Notes under the pieces: generated by a model | Database searches by the model: none | What the model saw: only the letters and a program-made list of their open reading frames with translations | What the model was told of the DNA's origin: nothing | Shown: positions 34,676 to 38,152 of the stretch, one piece after another | Numbering within the stretch: the first letter of the stretch is position 1 | Layout of the letters: each line of letters begins with the position of its first letter | Program-made: the position numbers and the translations under genes | From: Candidatus Uhrbacteria bacterium | GTDB lineage: Bacteria; Patescibacteriota; Patescibacteriia; 2-12-FULL-60-25 | DNA: 38,152 bases | Direction: 5' to 3' | Assembly (NCBI GenBank): GCA_014728435.1 | Contig: WJLP01000096.1 | Coordinates: forward strand, 1 to 38,152

Positions 34676-35256
34676 AGATGCATTTAGCGCCCGGCCAAAC
34701 CATCATGGAAATGCTGGTCGTGTTTTTTATTATCTCTGTCGGCCTCTACGGCGCGGTTACACTCATCTTCTCCAACGTCCAACTGCAAGAGCAGGATTAC
34801 GACCATATCATTGCCATGAATTTGGCCCGCGAAATGCTGGAGCTGACCCAAAACGTACGCGATTCCAATTATCTGGCCAACTTCGCTTTCGACGACGGTT
34901 TGGGCACTGACACTGGCGCGGATTGCACTGCCGTACCCGATTGGGACGGAACCGGCGTGCCGGCCTTCGACTTTACGGTTGACGACATCGCAAACGGCGC
35001 GGTCAACCGCCAAGCTAACGGTATGTTTACCAACCAATCGGGGAGCAGTACCAGATTCTCGCGTCTAATCACATTTTCACCCATCTGCGCCGATCCGGCC
35101 GACCGTTCCGATACGCAAGTGCCGGCCGGCTGTGCTTGCGGGGGAGGCGCTTATACCGAACAAATCGGAGTCCGCGCCAAAGCCGATGTTGCCTGGACCC
35201 GCAAAGGCCGCTCCGATAGCTTAACCATTTACACCGATCTGTATGACTGGAGATAA
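34672..35256 (+). CDS. Minor pilin, PilV-like
   Basis: APG|QTIMEMLVVFFIISVGL with Glu at +5. ATGA overlap with the upstream gene. Confidence 0.68.
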   Translation: MKMHLAPGQTIMEMLVVFFIISVGLYGAVTLIFSNVQLQEQDYDHIIAMNLAREMLELTQNVRDSNYLANFAFDDGLGTDTGADCTAVPDWDGTGVPAFDFTVDDIANGAVNRQANGMFTNQSGSSTRFSRLITFSPICADPADRSDTQVPAGCACGGGAYTEQIGVRAKADVAWTRKGRSDSLTIYTDLYDWR

Positions 35257-35893
35257 CTTAAAAAGCTTAAAGTCGAAAGTCCAAAATCAAAAGCTTGTCA
35301 CCAAAAGACATTCAACTTTTAAACCGGGTTACTCTCTGGCCGAGCTGCTCGTGGTGATGCTCTTGTTTAGCTTTGCATTGCTGATCCTTGGCCAGACATA
35401 CATCCAGTTTATCCGGCTATCCAATAAAACCGCCAACGCGGCCACGGTTCAGCAGGATACGCGTTTTGTGCTGGAATACATAGCGCGCGCCGCCCGCAAC
35501 TCTGAGGTTGACTACTCAATCTCCATTGCATCGCCCACATCCAGTTTGCGTCTTATCAAAGAAAGCGGCGATTATGTTGAAATCAGCAAATCCGCGCCCG
35601 GCGACGCGCTTTGCGCCGATGAACCGTCCGTATCTTGCCTGCTGGTCACGGTCGATAGCGGAGCAACTTGGGCACCTCTTACCGCCAAAGGTGTTAACGT
35701 GGATAATTTTGACGTTTACATTTCGCCAACCGTCTCTCCGTTTGAACTGGCCGGCGTACCCGCCGATTACCCCAACAACCAACAACCTTTCATAACAGTT
35801 AATCTCGCTTTAACGTTAAATGCCAATAACCCGCGCGAAAGCTACAGCCAAATCGCGCAAACCAGCATTTCATCCCGTGTATATGTCCGATAA
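35243..35893 (+). CDS. Minor pilin, PilW-like, with an unusually long (27-aa) leader
   Basis: KPG|YSLAELLVVMLLFSFALLIL with Glu at +5. Overlaps the upstream gene by 14 nt. Confidence 0.68.
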   Translation: MTGDNLKSLKSKVQNQKLVTKRHSTFKPGYSLAELLVVMLLFSFALLILGQTYIQFIRLSNKTANAATVQQDTRFVLEYIARAARNSEVDYSISIASPTSSLRLIKESGDYVEISKSAPGDALCADEPSVSCLLVTVDSGATWAPLTAKGVNVDNFDVYISPTVSPFELAGVPADYPNNQQPFITVNLALTLNANNPRESYSQIAQTSISSRVYVR

Positions 35894-36797
35894 CTCAAAG
35901 AACTCAGAACATAGAACACGGAACATTGATTCAAAAAAATCCAAGTTCCAAGTTCCAAGCCTGCCCACCGAAGCTTCAGCGAAAGAGGGTTCCAAGTTCC
36001 TATCGGGCAACATAGTTGCTCTGGCTTTGATTTTGACGTCCGCGATTTTGATTACCGCGATCGGTGTCGGGATCGTCGTCATGCAAGGCGCCAGGCAATC
36101 GCGCACAATGGATGACGCGGTGGCGGCTTATTATTTGGCAAATTCAGGTATCGAGCTCCAGCTCTTTGGTATTCGTAAAGACAGCCGCACTTTGGCCGAT
36201 ATGGGCAACGCTTCCAATACCTATCCCGGAGGCACGAGTTGGGAATCAACAACAGGCTTGGAGCAAACCGGAGTCAAACGCATATCCTACCTTCCCGAAG
36301 AAGAACTGGCTTTTGTAGATCTCTTCAATCCGGATGATATTTCTGAAGCATCCAATGCCGCCAAAGTAAGTGTCACCTGGACAGCCGGGGATGATTGCGG
36401 CATGGAAACACCGGAAATAGAAGCCGCATATGCAGAATGGGAATTCTCCGGCGGCAGTGTCACTTGGCCCAGCGACGAAAATTACACAATCTGGCCTTTT
36501 ACGCCGTCCCCCATGGATATTGCACCACTCGACGTAAACAAATCCTATCGCTTGCGTTTACGTCCGTTTAACTGCTCGGTTAAAGATCTGCAAATCACCA
36601 TGTACGACGTAGGCGGCAACCAGCTCGATTACCCGGGCGACATCGTCCTCGGCTCCGAAGGAACCTACGAGGGCACGACTCAAAAACTCTCCGTATCCAT
36701 GCCACGCCAAGATGTACTCTCCGGTATTTTTAGCTACATCATCTTTTCTCAGCAACAACTCTGTAAAAAAGTCGGCTTAGCCGGCACCTGCCCGTAA
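35883..36797 (+). CDS. PilX-like protein: N-terminal TM helix without a processed pilin signal, then a roughly 240-aa domain
   Basis: GNIVALALILTSAILITAIGVGIVVMQGARQSR...AYYLANSGIE resembles the PilX N-terminal region. The start is uncertain (35883 or 35820), and the first roughly 110 nt is low-complexity (ccaagtt repeats). Confidence 0.58.
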   Translation: MSDNSKNSEHRTRNIDSKKSKFQVPSLPTEASAKEGSKFLSGNIVALALILTSAILITAIGVGIVVMQGARQSRTMDDAVAAYYLANSGIELQLFGIRKDSRTLADMGNASNTYPGGTSWESTTGLEQTGVKRISYLPEEELAFVDLFNPDDISEASNAAKVSVTWTAGDDCGMETPEIEAAYAEWEFSGGSVTWPSDENYTIWPFTPSPMDIAPLDVNKSYRLRLRPFNCSVKDLQITMYDVGGNQLDYPGDIVLGSEGTYEGTTQKLSVSMPRQDVLSGIFSYIIFSQQQLCKKVGLAGTCP

Positions 36798-36910
36798 CTA
36801 AATTTCAAATAGTAAATATCAAACTACAAATGTAGATTCTTTTGTTATTTTAGTCAAAAATCAACTTTTTTGCTATTTGCGATCAGCTATCTACTATAAG
36901 CTATCGAGGG

Positions 36911-36939
36911 TTGACAAATAGATATATTTTTGCTAGATT
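36911..36939 (+). promoter_or_regulatory. Near-consensus promoter: TTGACA, 17-nt spacer ending in TGc, then TAGATT
   Basis: ttgaca (36911-36916) and tagatt (36934-36939). The ORF track used the TTG of the -35 box as a start codon. Confidence 0.55.
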
Positions 36940-36970
36940 GACGTATTCTGCACTTTCAATTCAAACCATC

Positions 36971-37453
36971 ATGAGGTGGAACATGTTTACCGCATACGTA
37001 GGTTTAGTAGTAATTGGCTATCAACACGACTTTGTCATTCAGGTCTATTTCAACGAAGAGCCAAAGGGTTCTATCATTGAGGTAAGAGCTGACAACTTGT
37101 GGCACGCGGAAAAAGGTCACTTCCCACAATTCCGTTTGCCGCCAGGCAGGACTCGACTTGTAGTTGGTTCTGCAAAAACACCACTCGGTAAACTTACTCT
37201 AGATGGACGTAAGTTTATCGAAACAGAATTCCTCTGCATTGCCAGATCATCCAAAGCAGCAGCGCAGGCGTGGGTTGATTCCACGGTGCGACGCTTCATT
37301 ATTCACAATCGGAGCTGGAATGCGGTAAAGGAACTGGAAGATCAAACATACGACAGCGAAGCATACTGGGACTCGGCAAGATTAGGTAAAAGTCCAGAAG
37401 AATGCTTGGCCGACGCAAACGCCAAGTTTACTCAAATCCAATCTCGTTTCTAG
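36971..37453 (+). CDS. Orphan protein (about 157-160 aa); first gene of a two-gene operon
   Basis: Long ORF with ATG at 36971 or 36983. The second is preceded by GAGGTGG. No motif was recognised. Confidence 0.6.
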   Translation: MRWNMFTAYVGLVVIGYQHDFVIQVYFNEEPKGSIIEVRADNLWHAEKGHFPQFRLPPGRTRLVVGSAKTPLGKLTLDGRKFIETEFLCIARSSKAAAQAWVDSTVRRFIIHNRSWNAVKELEDQTYDSEAYWDSARLGKSPEECLADANAKFTQIQSRF

Positions 37454-37468
37454 AAGGAGGATGAGACG

Positions 37469-37840
37469 ATGAAATGGTCAGAACTATATTCGGAAATTTG
37501 GTTCGTTCATGAGTCGGATGATCCTAAGGAGCTGTTCATTGAGGCTCTGGAAGAAATCGAGGAAGGTGAAATTTTTCACTTCCAGCTTTGTCACCACAAC
37601 CCCGAAAAGGGCGCAAGTCTTGCTTGTAACGATACGCTAAGAGCCAGAATCATGAGAATCGAAGCATCCGGTAAGGGGTTGGCCGTCACACTCTCATTGG
37701 CTGCTTTTCCTCCAGGTATCAAGCCTGGAACGTACACCTTGATTTTTTCCGGCTCGGGTTGCCTCAACCCTCCTCAAGAGATGTTTGAAGATGGTGAGGT
37801 GAACCTAGCTCCAACAGATTCTTCTTGGTCAGTAGACTGA
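37469..37840 (+). CDS. Orphan acidic protein (123 aa); second gene of the operon
   Basis: Strong GAAGGAGGA Shine-Dalgarno 7 nt before the ATG, which lies 15 nt after the upstream stop. No motif was recognised. Confidence 0.65.
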   Translation: MKWSELYSEIWFVHESDDPKELFIEALEEIEEGEIFHFQLCHHNPEKGASLACNDTLRARIMRIEASGKGLAVTLSLAAFPPGIKPGTYTLIFSGSGCLNPPQEMFEDGEVNLAPTDSSWSVD

Positions 37841-37853
37841 CAATAATTCTGTG

Positions 37854-37879
37854 CCTTCCTAAATGGAGGGTCTTTTTTT
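37854..37879 (+). terminator. Intrinsic terminator of the two-gene operon
   Basis: ccttcc-taaat-ggaggg (one G-U) followed by tcttttttt. A TATAAT box for the next gene follows at 37882-37887. Confidence 0.6.
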
Positions 37880-37947
37880 AGTATAATGATTGACTGGTCT
37901 ATTTTTTTCTGCTTAACTTTGGTCAGCACCCTAAAAATGAGGTTCTC

Positions 37948-38152
37948 ATGAAAAAGATGAGAAGTCTGCCCCTTGCACGGAAACCAAAACCCGAGATGAT
38001 TGTACATAAGTCCTTGGAAGAAAAGGCCCGGCAATATGTACAAAGTAAATATTTTGGCACTTTTGTTCAGCGCTATGAAGATGGGCTGGTCGCTACAGGT
38101 GTAGTGTTGGGCTCGCTGGTCATCGGTTTGCCGTTTGCGCTTTTGTTGCCCG
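37948..38152 (+). CDS. 5' end of a CDS running off the right edge; a basic N-terminus followed by a TM segment
   Basis: My own translation: MKKMRSLPLARKPKPEMIVHKSLEEKARQYVQSKYFGTFVQRYEDGLVATGVVLGSLVIGLPFALLLP. GAGG lies 5 nt before the ATG. Confidence 0.45.
   Translation, partial: MKKMRSLPLARKPKPEMIVHKSLEEKARQYVQSKYFGTFVQRYEDGLVATGVVLGSLVIGLPFALLLP

Noticed and set aside
1-38152. Alternative genetic code (for example UGA recoding), prophage, integron or transposon content, and tRNA or rRNA genes.
   Set aside because: All recognisable genes are full length under the standard code. I saw no integrase, transposase, capsid or terminase motifs, no terminal inverted repeats bracketing a block, and no tRNA-like cloverleaf. 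GGTTCRANTCC-type T-loops appear only inside the structured RNA, with the wrong loop sizes.

Overview
This is a gene-dense 38.2-kb window read in the standard genetic code. I saw no rRNA, tRNA, CRISPR array, transposase or integrase. The gene content and style suggest a small-genome bacterium with a Gram-positive-like envelope, possibly of the Patescibacteria/CPR type. That is an inference: a type IV pilus locus without a secretin, many short membrane-anchored orphan genes, and AT-rich low-complexity intergenic hairpins.

Left part (1-23 kb), mostly housekeeping:
- HAD-IB hydrolase, leucyl aminopeptidase PepA, Era, a RumA/RlmD-type methyltransferase, a SpoU/TrmH methyltransferase, a GT2 glycosyltransferase, MurJ, LepA, RecJ and RNase HI.
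- A compact oxidative-stress island: glutaredoxin-like protein, 2-Cys peroxiredoxin, Fe/Mn superoxide dismutase, Bcp and a Fur/PerR-family regulator. A perfect 7-1-7 palindrome sits in front of the regulator gene.
- Two tandem paralogous FecR-domain lipoproteins.
- Several orphan genes.

Right part (23-36.8 kb), a single-strand type IV pilus/filament locus:
- A 659-aa Trp-repeat plus Cys/Asp-repeat protein, then pilM, pilN-like, pilO-like and a small membrane protein.
- pilB, a stand-alone receiver domain, and pilC.
- Two pilins, pilD, and four minor-pilin-like genes.
- No secretin or retraction ATPase lies in the window.
- An orphan two-gene operon follows the locus.

Signals not explained by proteins:
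- A roughly 275-nt GC-rich, multi-helix RNA candidate at 17862-18135. It has its own near-consensus promoter and intrinsic terminator, and I could not assign it to a known class.
- A recurring TGnTAnAAT-N7-10-ATG geometry that suggests leaderless mRNAs.
- A family of low-complexity k-mer inverted repeats in intergenic regions.

All functional calls come from motif recognition by eye. No database search was run.
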